Positions 11,942 through 20,197 of a DNA stretch of 24,000 nt are shown here, piece after piece. Made by a program: the position numbers and the translations under genes. This DNA comes from Hyphomonadaceae bacterium (lineage in GTDB: Bacteria > Pseudomonadota > Alphaproteobacteria > Caulobacterales > Aquidulcibacteraceae): positions 43,616 through 67,615 of the forward strand of contig JAEUMT010000031.1 in NCBI GenBank assembly GCA_016791365.1, given 5' to 3'. The notes beneath the pieces are model-generated. The model saw only the letters and a program-made list of their open reading frames with translations. It did no database searches and was not told the DNA's origin. Numbering within the stretch: the first letter of the stretch is position 1; each line of letters starts with the position of its first letter.

Positions 11942-14131
11942 ATGACGATCGCAGCGGACGCACGCATGGCCGTCAATGACGCCGACGCCGGACCTGTTCT
12001 GGTGCCGGCCAAGGCATCACTTCAAGAGCAGCGTCCGCGCACGATGAAACACGGGGATACGTTCGCCGTGTACGATCAGAACGGCGATATCATCGCCAGT
12101 CCAGGCAGCCCCGAAGGGTTGTTCCACGCCGACATGCGTCACCTCTCGCACCTGGCGCTCACCATAAATGGCGCACGGCCAATGTTGCTGCGCTCCGGCC
12201 TGCGCGACGACAACGCCGCATTGATCTGCGATCTCTCGAACCCGGACCTGCACGATGCGCGTGGCGCCTTGGTATTGTGCCACGATTCAATTCACATCCG
12301 GCGCGTGCGACTACTCTGGGAAGGCGTCGCCTACGAGCGCATCGCAATCAAGAATTTTGATCAACACGCGCAATCGCTACGACTCTCGCTGACGTACGCC
12401 GCCGATTTCGCCGACATCTTTGAAGTCCGCGGCGCCACCCGCGCTATGCGTGGGCAAGACAAGACGCCACGTCTTGAAGGCGACAGCGTCGTGCTGGGCT
12501 ATACGGGGCTCGATCATCGACTGCGCGAGACCCGCCTCCGCTTTGATCCCGCCCCATCCGCGCTCAGCGCCACGCACGCCGAGTTCAATTTTGACGTTGA
12601 TCCGGGGCAAACCAGGATTGTGTTCTTCGAAGTTTGCTGCAGCGGCCTGCCGCCGACAGCAGAACCGCACCGCGCATTCCTGAGCGCATTCTCAAACGCA
12701 CGCCGCGCGCTACGCGCTTCACAACGCCGCGGCGTCAGCATCGAGCCGTCGAACCAATTGTTCGGCGAAGCGATCCAACGCAGCGTCGCCGACCTATACA
12801 TGCTCTGCACCGATACGCCGGAAGGCCCATATCCGTACGCCGGCATTCCATGGTTCAGCACCGTGTTTGGCCGTGACGGCATTATCACCGCGCTGCAGAC
12901 CTTGTGGTTCGATCCATCAATCGCACGCGGCGTGCTTCTCCATCTCGCCGCCAACCAGGCAACGCAGATTGACGCCGCGGCCGATGCCGAGCCCGGCAAG
13001 ATACTCCACGAGTTGCGACGCAGCGAAATGGCTGAACTGGGAGAAGTTCCATTCCGCCGCTACTACGGCAGCATCGATTCCACACCCCTCTTCGTTATGC
13101 TCGCCGGCGCGTACCTTGAACGCACGGATGATCTTCGCGCCGCGGAGAAACTCTGGCCGCACGTGCAAGCCGCCCTGCGCTGGATCGAAAACTATGGCGA
13201 CCGTGATCGCGATGGTTTCGTCGAGTATTTCCGTCAAACCGAACAAGGCCTGGCGAACCAGGGCTGGAAAGACAGCCATGACTCAATCTTCCACGCCGAC
13301 GGCTCACCCGCCGAGGGACCAATCGCACTGGTTGAAGTTCAAGCTTATGTGTACGCGGCGTGGCGAGCGGCGGCGCTGATGGCGCGCCGGCTCGGCCAAT
13401 CGGATATCTCGCAAAATCTAGACATACGCGCGGAAGCCTTCCGGCGCCGTTTCGATACGCACTTCTACGACGCCGCGCTTGGGACATATGTACTCGCACT
13501 TGATGGGGCAAAGCGCCCCTGCCGGGTGCGCAGCTCAAATGCGGGTCACGCCCTCTTTACCGGAATCGCCTTGCCGGAGCGCGCAGCGCAGGTTGCGCGC
13601 ACGCTTATGGCGTCATTCTCCGGCTTCGGCATTCGCACGATCGCGGCCTCCGAAGCGCGCTACAACCCGATGAGCTATCACAACGGTTCTATCTGGCCGC
13701 ACGACAACGCCATCATCGCCGCCGGACTGTCACGCTACGGCTTCCGCGCCGAAGCCGCGCAGATATTCACCGGTCTGTTTGACGCAGCGAGCTACATGGA
13801 TTTGCGCCGCCTGCCTGAATTGTTCTGCGGCTTTCCACGCCGGAGCGGGGCAGGTCCGGTTTTCTATCCGGTCGCGTGCGCGCCGCAGGCTTGGGCGACC
13901 GCGGCGCCGTTGATGGTCTTGCAAGCTTGTCTCGGGCTATCGTTTGAGCCGCGCGAAAAGCGTCTCCGTTTTCATCGCTCAATGCTGCCATCGTTCGTCA
14001 ACGAGATCGTCCTGCGCAATCTGACGCTCGCGGACGTTGAACTGGACATTAAGCTCACGCGGACAGGCGATGACGTGCTCGTGCACGTGCTGCGCCGCAG
14101 CGGTGACTGCGAAATCGTTTCGACGCGCTAG
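11942..14131 (+). CDS. Amylo-alpha-1,6-glucosidase-family protein (bacterial GDE_N plus GDE_C (alpha/alpha)6-barrel, GH133-like)
   Basis: 729 aa. N-terminal MKHGDTFAVYDQNGDI...LFHADMRHLS. Catalytic-domain motifs GIPWFSTVFGRDGIITALQ, GKILHELR, YYGSIDSTPLFVML, GWKDSHDSIFHADG, VEVQAYVY and NPMSYHNGSIWPHDN. Confidence 0.85.
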   Translation: MTIAADARMAVNDADAGPVLVPAKASLQEQRPRTMKHGDTFAVYDQNGDIIASPGSPEGLFHADMRHLSHLALTINGARPMLLRSGLRDDNAALICDLSNPDLHDARGALVLCHDSIHIRRVRLLWEGVAYERIAIKNFDQHAQSLRLSLTYAADFADIFEVRGATRAMRGQDKTPRLEGDSVVLGYTGLDHRLRETRLRFDPAPSALSATHAEFNFDVDPGQTRIVFFEVCCSGLPPTAEPHRAFLSAFSNARRALRASQRRGVSIEPSNQLFGEAIQRSVADLYMLCTDTPEGPYPYAGIPWFSTVFGRDGIITALQTLWFDPSIARGVLLHLAANQATQIDAAADAEPGKILHELRRSEMAELGEVPFRRYYGSIDSTPLFVMLAGAYLERTDDLRAAEKLWPHVQAALRWIENYGDRDRDGFVEYFRQTEQGLANQGWKDSHDSIFHADGSPAEGPIALVEVQAYVYAAWRAAALMARRLGQSDISQNLDIRAEAFRRRFDTHFYDAALGTYVLALDGAKRPCRVRSSNAGHALFTGIALPERAAQVARTLMASFSGFGIRTIAASEARYNPMSYHNGSIWPHDNAIIAAGLSRYGFRAEAAQIFTGLFDAASYMDLRRLPELFCGFPRRSGAGPVFYPVACAPQAWATAAPLMVLQACLGLSFEPREKRLRFHRSMLPSFVNEIVLRNLTLADVELDIKLTRTGDDVLVHVLRRSGDCEIVSTR

Positions 14132-15447
14132 AAGTTCTCGCGAAGCCAGTTCCACATGCCGTGCACGACGTTGCGCATCGAAGCGCCGAGGTGCGCGAGC
14201 GATGGTTGGAAGTCGCTATCGACAATCTCAACCTCAGCATGGTCGAGGCGATGGCGCAACAAACCCGCCGCCACGGCGTAGGCAGGACCGGCCTCACCGT
14301 GATCGAAGCCACAAAGCTCGAGCGGCCGGCCAACGCGCACTGGCATGCCCAGCACATCGGCGGCCAACTCGCGAACACCTGGGATCAGCGCGCCGCCGCC
14401 GACGATCACGGCGCGTTGCGGCCCCTCAACGCCGCCAAAGCCCGCGCGATGCAGACGATCGCGCACAGCCAGCAGCATTTCAGCCATGCGCGGGGTGAGA
14501 GTATCGGCAATAACACCGCGCAGCGTCGTCGCCGCTTCAAGGCGGCCGTCCATGCCAAGCTTGGGCGCTTGTACAGCCTCACGAGGATCGCAGGCATTGC
14601 TCAGCGCGCCGAAATGCAACTTCACGCGCTCGGCGGCGGCGAAAGTGGTTTGCAATTTCATCGCGAGATCGCGCGTCAGACGCACACCGCCGGACGAAAT
14701 CGTTTCACAATGAACGAGCCCCTCGGCCGCGTAGCAGGCGATGCCGATGGCGCCCGCGCCGATATCGATCAGCAGCGCGCCCTCTTCGCGTTCCTCTGGC
14801 GTCAGCGCCGAAAGCGCGGCGGCCTGCGGGCCTGCGATAATGTCTTCAACTTCAGCGCCGGCTTGGCGAATGCAGGCTTTCAACGCATTCAATGCCTCGG
14901 TCGGCGCGGTCACAACACACGCTTCAACAGCCAGCATCTTGCCGGCCATGCCGAGCGGATCGGGAATACCGTCGCCGTCGTCGATCATGTAGCGCAACGG
15001 CTCGACGTGGATAAACGACCGCTGCGGCGCCGGTGCGGCCTTCATCGCTTCGTCGATCGCGTTCTCGATGTCGCGATGTGAAATCGCCGCGCCTTTGATA
15101 CGCACGGCGCCACGCACGATCCGCGAATTGAGCCCCGGGCCCGAGTATGAGGCGACGACGTGGGTGACCGGCGCGCCAGCCATGGCGGCGGTTTCCTGAA
15201 TCGCAACTTCAATGGCACGCGCACATGCATCAAAATCGGCCGGCTTGCCGCTGGCGATCGCCGGGGCGGTCTGCTGACCAATGCCCAACACACGCAAGGG
15301 ACGCTCCGGGTGCATGTCGAGAACCGGATCGCGGCGCGATGCGAGGCAAACTGTCTTGGAGACGCCAACATCGAGCGAAGCGACAACCGGCGCCACGCGC
15401 TCCGCGTCATGAAGCTCTTCACCGCGGCGCTTTGCCTGAGAGACCAT
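14128..15447 (-). CDS. ftsA: Cell division protein FtsA
   Basis: Actin-like ATPase motifs (ASLDVGVSKTVCL, LIDIGAGAIGIACY, VIVGGGALIPG). The start overlaps the ftsQ stop (TAATG). Conserved order after ftsQ. Confidence 0.95.
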   Translation of the reverse strand: MVSQAKRRGEELHDAERVAPVVASLDVGVSKTVCLASRRDPVLDMHPERPLRVLGIGQQTAPAIASGKPADFDACARAIEVAIQETAAMAGAPVTHVVASYSGPGLNSRIVRGAVRIKGAAISHRDIENAIDEAMKAAPAPQRSFIHVEPLRYMIDDGDGIPDPLGMAGKMLAVEACVVTAPTEALNALKACIRQAGAEVEDIIAGPQAAALSALTPEEREEGALLIDIGAGAIGIACYAAEGLVHCETISSGGVRLTRDLAMKLQTTFAAAERVKLHFGALSNACDPREAVQAPKLGMDGRLEAATTLRGVIADTLTPRMAEMLLAVRDRLHRAGFGGVEGPQRAVIVGGGALIPGVRELAADVLGMPVRVGRPLELCGFDHGEAGPAYAVAAGLLRHRLDHAEVEIVDSDFQPSLAHLGASMRNVVHGMWNWLRENF

Positions 15448-16424
15448 TATGCGCCTCCCACGAGCAGAGGGCCGCCTTCGAGGGCGGGATGAACGCGCAC
15501 AGCCAGGCGACCGGGCGCGCGCATGTCGAAGCGCTCCACCGGCCGATCCAACAACGCGTATTGCTGATGCAGACGTTGCACGTTTTGCAAAGCTTCGATC
15601 GCGCCCTCTTCCGGGAGCGCAATCACGGCGCCGGACGTCAGCTTAATATCCCAGCGGCGATCGCCAATGCGTACCAATTGCGCGGTGCGCTCGCGGATAT
15701 CGGGCATGCCTTCGAGCGCGGCCAAAATCGGCGGCGCGGCGGGGCCGGCGCCGCGTCCAACCACACGCAGCAGGTTTCGGTGATCGGAAACACGCTCCGT
15801 GAGCAGACGCTCGCCGTTGGCGTCGATCACCGCTTGCTGGCGGTTCTCGTCTTCCCAGACTGCGTATTCCTGACGGCGCTCGACTTCCACGAGCAGGCTC
15901 GACGGCCACAACCGGCGAACGCGCGCCGCCGCAACCCAATCCAAGCTTTCAACGCGCGCCTTCACCTCTTCCGGGTCAAGCGCGAGGATCGAATGACGTC
16001 CCTCCGGCACAATAAGAGAGCGCACTTCTTGTTCGCGCGCTTCGCTGATCGCGGGCGAGCCCGGCAGTTGCGCGACATCGATGGCATGGATTTGGAAGCC
16101 GACATTGGCCACCGTCGCATCGGCGGAACGCGCGAACGCTTCGCGCGCGTCGAATAGTGACGAACCGAGCCATGCCGCGCCGGCGACCGCGATGCCCAGA
16201 AACAGGACACCGCCGGTAAGCGCCATCGCCAGGCTTTTCCCGCTAACCTGCACATCGTCCGACGAGAGGCCGCCTGAAAGTTTGATGCGCGCGAGGCGCG
16301 GCATGGATTCATAGGACGGCACAGGTTGCGAACGCCGGCGCTTGCCGCGCGGCGGCGGCTCGTCGTAGCCACGTCCGCCATTCTTGCCACCGCCGCCAGG
16401 ACGGCGCGCTCTCACCGCGGCCAT
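15447..16424 (-). CDS. ftsQ: Cell division protein FtsQ
   Basis: Basic cytoplasmic tail, a single TM ([22 protein letters not shown]), then a POTRA/FtsQ domain ([13 protein letters not shown]...[25 protein letters not shown]). Start chosen at ATG 16424, 7 nt after GGAGGA, overlapping the ddl 3' end by 13 nt. The listed GTG at 16445 is less likely. Confidence 0.9.
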   Translation of the reverse strand: MAAVRARRPGGGGKNGGRGYDEPPPRGKRRRSQPVPSYESMPRLARIKLSGGLSSDDVQVSGKSLAMALTGGVLFLGIAVAGAAWLGSSLFDAREAFARSADATVANVGFQIHAIDVAQLPGSPAISEAREQEVRSLIVPEGRHSILALDPEEVKARVESLDWVAAARVRRLWPSSLLVEVERRQEYAVWEDENRQQAVIDANGERLLTERVSDHRNLLRVVGRGAGPAAPPILAALEGMPDIRERTAQLVRIGDRRWDIKLTSGAVIALPEEGAIEALQNVQRLHQQYALLDRPVERFDMRAPGRLAVRVHPALEGGPLLVGGA

Positions 16425-17332
16425 GACGCATCCTCCAGGATCCACTGGACGAGCTGGTCATACGAAAGGCCGACAAAGGCGGCCTGTTCGGGCGTCAGCG
16501 ACGTCGGCGTCATGCCGGGCTGCGTATTCACTTCGAGCAACGCCAGGCGATCGGTCTTCGGATCGTAGCGGAAGTCACTGCGGGTAACGCCCCGGCAGCC
16601 AAGCGCATGGTGCGCAGCTTCAGCGGCACGCATGCACTGATCAGCGATCGATTGCGGAATGGCGGCAGGCACAACATGGCGCGAACCGCCGCTCGCGTAT
16701 TTGGCGTCAAAATCATACCAGTCGCCATCGCTGGTGACGAAGATTTCGGTGACCGCGAGCGCGCCGCGATCATGCATGACCGCAACGGTGAGCTCTTTGC
16801 CGTCGATGAATTCTTCGACCAGCACTTCCTCGCCGAACGTCCAGTCCGGATCGAGGAGTTGTTCAGGCGGACGGTTGGCGCCTTCGCGCACGATGAAGAT
16901 GCCGACAGAGGAGCCCTGCGCGTTCGGCTTCACCACGTAGGGCGCGGGCATCGGATGGGCCTTCGCCGCATCGAGGCGGTTCATCAGCTTGCCGTTCGCC
17001 AGCGGCAGACCCGCCTGCGCGAACACGGCTTTGGATTTGTCCTTATCCATCGCCAGCGACGAGGCGAGCACGCCCGAGTGCGTGTAAGGAAGTTTTAAAT
17101 AGTCGAGCACGCCTTGCGTGCGGCCGTCCTCGCCCCACTCACCATGCAGCGCATTGAACACAGCGTCGACGCGCGCGTCCTGCAGCTCGGCGATCCAACC
17201 GGGGTTTTGCGGATCAATTTCGATAACGTCGTGCCCGAGCCGGCGTAGCGCGTCAGCGCAGCCCTTGCCGGAACTGAGGCTTACAGGCCTCTCGGGGCTC
17301 AAGCCCCCCAATAGCACCGCCACCCGGGCCAT
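16412..17332 (-). CDS. ddl: D-alanine--D-alanine ligase
   Basis: ATP-grasp Ddl motifs: [51 protein letters not shown] and [11 protein letters not shown]. Confidence 0.95.
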   Translation of the reverse strand: MARVAVLLGGLSPERPVSLSSGKGCADALRRLGHDVIEIDPQNPGWIAELQDARVDAVFNALHGEWGEDGRTQGVLDYLKLPYTHSGVLASSLAMDKDKSKAVFAQAGLPLANGKLMNRLDAAKAHPMPAPYVVKPNAQGSSVGIFIVREGANRPPEQLLDPDWTFGEEVLVEEFIDGKELTVAVMHDRGALAVTEIFVTSDGDWYDFDAKYASGGSRHVVPAAIPQSIADQCMRAAEAAHHALGCRGVTRSDFRYDPKTDRLALLEVNTQPGMTPTSLTPEQAAFVGLSYDQLVQWILEDASWPR

Positions 17333-17340
17333 GCGTTCGC

Positions 17341-17365
17341 CTCACCAACCAACCACCAACCCAGC
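17341..17365 (-). repeat. GGTT-type G-run tract in the ddl 5' leader, overlapping its RBS
   Basis: The minus strand reads GCTGGGTTGGTGGTTGGTTGGTGAG, followed by GCGAACGC and the ddl ATG (17332). It has six or more GG runs separated by 1-2 T. Confidence 0.5.
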
Positions 17366-17440
17366 TGAACGCCTTTTCTGCGCTCATTCCGGGAGTGTCA
17401 TAATGAAACGCCTTTGGGTTAAGGCATGATGAGGGCGACG

Positions 17441-17476
17441 ATGTTAGTTGCTGATTTTTATGGTAAATTTTGGTTC
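17441..17476. promoter_or_regulatory. AT-rich island (about 28% GC by my count) upstream of ddl-ftsQ-ftsA; candidate promoter or UP region
   Basis: ATGTTAGTTGCTGATTTTTATGGTAAATTTTGGTTC stands out in a GC-rich background, within the 200-bp gap between the POT gene stop and the ddl start. I could not place confident -35/-10 hexamers. Confidence 0.3.
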
Positions 17477-17532
17477 AGCGAGATTGACCTCGCTTAACCA
17501 CGTTAGGCTGTCAGCGCCCCAATAGAGCGCTT

Positions 17533-18882
17533 TCAGCCCTTTAGAGCGCGTGAAAGCCGGCGGCCGAAGATCAGCACCGCCACCCCGCCCGCCGCGGCGA
17601 TCGCCGCGTGCATCGCCCAGAACGCGGCCGGCGCCATCTGCTCGTAGAAGCCGCCAAGCCAGCCCATCACATTGCTCGCCACGAACAGGGTGAGGAAGGC
17701 GACGCCCATCATGGTGGAGTTCACCGGCGCCGGCGCCACGCGCGAAACCAGCGCGAGAACGGTGGGCCAGTGCCAAATGAAGGCGAGGCCGAGGACACCG
17801 TAATAAAGGAACGGCCAAAGCGGCGAGAGGCCGTCATTGCCGAAGACGAGAATGGCGGCGACGAGGATGAGATTGGCCGCCGCCGCCATCCATGCGCCGA
17901 TGCCAATTTTACCGAGTTCGTCCGGCTCCGCGTTGCGGCGCGCGAGCGCCGCCCAGATCGCGAACAACACCGGCACGCCGAGAATTGAGAAGACGGGGTC
18001 AACAGAATTGAACCAAGGCGTCGGTATTTGCCATTCTCCGACACCGAGATCGACATGCCCATCGATCCACACCAGGGCCGTGTTGAACGATTGGAAATAC
18101 GCCGTCGACTGGAATGTCGAAATCACCAGCACGGCGCAAATGATCCCGATCGTGCGCCAATCCGCGGCAGTCAGCTTTCGCGTCTCGCCCTTCTCACGCT
18201 CGACACGCGCTGGCAGGTGGCGATAGCCGACAAGATAGATGAGCAAACCGAGCAGCAAGAACGCCGCCGCCGCGCCAAACCCAACGTGCCAACCATAAAC
18301 TTGCGCCAGCAGACCGCACACCAGCGGACCGAGCATGGCGCCGACATTGATCGCCATGCTGAAAATCGCAAACCCGCGCGTGCGGCGCGCCTCGTCATCC
18401 ACCGAATAGAGCGCACCGACTTGCGCGGAGATGTTGCCTTTGAGCAGGCCCGAGCCAATCACCAGCAGCAGCAACGCAACGAGAAAGCTCTGATCAAACG
18501 CCATCGCGAAATGGCCAAGCGCCATAAGCACAGCGCCGGTAACAACGGCGTTGCGCTGACCGATCCATCGGTCCGCTACAAACCCGCCAATCACTGGCGT
18601 GAAGTAAACGAACCCTGAGTACATGCCGAAGATGAGCGACGCCAAAGCTTGCGTCGACATCGCGCCGAACGCCGATTCAAGCGTGGCGCGAAACGCCGGG
18701 AAGCCGATGATGTTCTCGACATGACCGGGCAGCAACAGCTGATTGACCATGTAGAGGACGACGAGGGCCGTCATCCCGTAATACGAAAAGCGCTCCCACG
18801 CCTCGGTGAAGGCGAGATAAAACAGCCCCTTGGGATGGCCTGCAAACCCGCGCGTCACCGTCGTCTCTGCGTTCACCGTCAT
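17533..18882 (-). CDS. POT/PTR2-family proton-dependent oligopeptide transporter (DtpT-like, MFS)
   Basis: Signature FTEAWERFSYYGM (ExxERFxYY) near the N-terminus and about 12-14 hydrophobic helices. 449 aa. Confidence 0.9.
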   Translation of the reverse strand: MTVNAETTVTRGFAGHPKGLFYLAFTEAWERFSYYGMTALVVLYMVNQLLLPGHVENIIGFPAFRATLESAFGAMSTQALASLIFGMYSGFVYFTPVIGGFVADRWIGQRNAVVTGAVLMALGHFAMAFDQSFLVALLLLVIGSGLLKGNISAQVGALYSVDDEARRTRGFAIFSMAINVGAMLGPLVCGLLAQVYGWHVGFGAAAAFLLLGLLIYLVGYRHLPARVEREKGETRKLTAADWRTIGIICAVLVISTFQSTAYFQSFNTALVWIDGHVDLGVGEWQIPTPWFNSVDPVFSILGVPVLFAIWAALARRNAEPDELGKIGIGAWMAAAANLILVAAILVFGNDGLSPLWPFLYYGVLGLAFIWHWPTVLALVSRVAPAPVNSTMMGVAFLTLFVASNVMGWLGGFYEQMAPAAFWAMHAAIAAAGGVAVLIFGRRLSRALKG

Positions 18883-18901
18883 GCCGCCCCCTGCTTGTGA
18901 A

Positions 18902-20059
18902 CTAGCCCAGCGCTTCTTGGATATCGGCGATCAGGTCTTCGACGTCTTCGATGCCAACGGAAAAGCGCACCAGACCATCGGTCAAGCCGATCTGTTCGCG
19001 CAAATGCTTATCGACCGAGGCGTGAGTCATGATCGCGGGATGCTCGATCAGGCTTTCGACGCCGCCGAGCGATTCAGCCAGCGAAAAGAGCTTCACGCGC
19101 TCAAGGAAGCTCCGAGCCGGTTCGAGCCCGCCTTTGAAGTAGGCCGTGATCATGCCACCGTAGCCGCCTGTCATCTGTTTCCTGGCGATGTCGTGCTGCG
19201 GGTGATCGGTGCGGCCCGGATAAACGACGCGCTCGATCTGCTTTTGCCCGGCCAGGAAGTCAGCGATCTTCGCCGCGTTCTCGCAGTGGCGTTGCACGCG
19301 GACGTGCAGCGTCTTGGTCGAGCGCAGCAGAAGGAAGCTGTCCCACGGCGCGGCGATGGCGCCGTTGGCGTTCTGCGTGAAGCGGAGGCGGCTGGCGAGT
19401 TCATCGTCACGGCAGATCAACGCGCCGCCGATCACGTCGGAGTGGCCGCCGATGTATTTGGTGCACGAATGGCTGACGATGTCGGCGCCGAGCGCGAGCG
19501 GATTGGTAAGCACCGGCGTCGCGAAGGTGTTATCGACGATAGTGAGCGCGCCTTTTGACTTTGCGAGACGCGCGACGGCGGCAATGTCGATGACCTTCAA
19601 CAGCGGATTGGTTGGCGTTTCCAGCCAAACCATCTTGGTGTTGGCCTTGAACGCCTCTTCCGCCGATTTGAGATCCGTCAGATCGGCGCGCGTGTAGGTG
19701 ATGCCGAATTGTTTGAAGACCTTGTCGAACTGACGATATGTGCCGCCATAGACGTCGTCCGAGAGCACGACGTGATCGCCGGAGCTGAGCAAGTGAATGC
19801 ACGCCGCCTGCGCGGCGAGACCCGAGGCGAAGTTGAAACCGTGGCGGCCGCCTTCGAGTGAGGCGAGATTTGCTTCGAGCGCCTTACGCGTCGGATTGGC
19901 CGAGCGCGCGTAGTCGTAGTCGTCAATGATGACGCCGGGGCTCTGCTGCACGAACGTTGAGGTCTGATAGACCGGCGTCATGATCGCGCCGGTGCTCGGG
20001 TCCGGCTGCTGACCGGCATGAATGCAGCGTGTGCCGAAGCGCTTGTTATCGTCGTGCAT
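18902..20059 (-). CDS. Cystathionine gamma-lyase / gamma-synthase family PLP enzyme (Cys/Met metabolism); CGL role inferred from context
   Basis: The N-terminus FGTRCIHAGQQPDPSTGAIMTPVYQTSTF and the PLP-lysine motif SCTKYIGGHSD match the MetB/MetC/CGL family. It lies directly downstream of a cystathionine beta-synthase gene. Confidence 0.85.
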   Translation of the reverse strand: MHDDNKRFGTRCIHAGQQPDPSTGAIMTPVYQTSTFVQQSPGVIIDDYDYARSANPTRKALEANLASLEGGRHGFNFASGLAAQAACIHLLSSGDHVVLSDDVYGGTYRQFDKVFKQFGITYTRADLTDLKSAEEAFKANTKMVWLETPTNPLLKVIDIAAVARLAKSKGALTIVDNTFATPVLTNPLALGADIVSHSCTKYIGGHSDVIGGALICRDDELASRLRFTQNANGAIAAPWDSFLLLRSTKTLHVRVQRHCENAAKIADFLAGQKQIERVVYPGRTDHPQHDIARKQMTGGYGGMITAYFKGGLEPARSFLERVKLFSLAESLGGVESLIEHPAIMTHASVDKHLREQIGLTDGLVRFSVGIEDVEDLIADIQEALG

Positions 20060-20099
20060 GGACGTGGGTCCTTGGTTGTAAGCGTAACAAACTCAGTCC

Positions 20100-20196
20100 G
20101 TCATCCTGGGCGCGCGAAGCGTGACCGGGATTCAGAGCGACAAGCCGCGCTCTACGATCCCTGGATCCCGGCCGTGCTCCGCACGTCCAGGACGAC
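20100..20196. repeat. 97-bp imperfect palindromic intergenic element (REP/MITE-like extended stem-loop)
   Basis: Termini GTCATCCTGGGCGCGCGAAGC and GCTCCGCACGTCCAGGACGAC pair at 17 of 21 positions as Watson-Crick. An inner arm pairs ACCGGGAT (20124-20131) with ATCCCGGC (20165-20172). The apical hairpin is AGAGCG/CGCTCT (20134-20153). The element starts 1 nt after the CBS stop codon. Confidence 0.65.
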
Positions 20197-20197
20197 G

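Noticed and set aside
17495-17502. TTAACCAC CtrA-like half-sites at 17495 (upstream of ddl) and 20493 (inside the CBS gene).
   Set aside because: Each is a single half-site that deviates from TTAACCAT and has no second TTAA at N7 spacing. This is insufficient to call a CtrA site.
17444-17818. A 124-aa minus-strand ORF spanning the POT gene 3' end and the intergenic AT-rich region, plus the tiny ORF MKRLWVKA at 17404-17430 (+).
   Set aside because: The first is out of frame with and overlaps the well-supported transporter gene, with Arg/Gly-rich composition. The second is too short, has no RBS, and nothing supports it.
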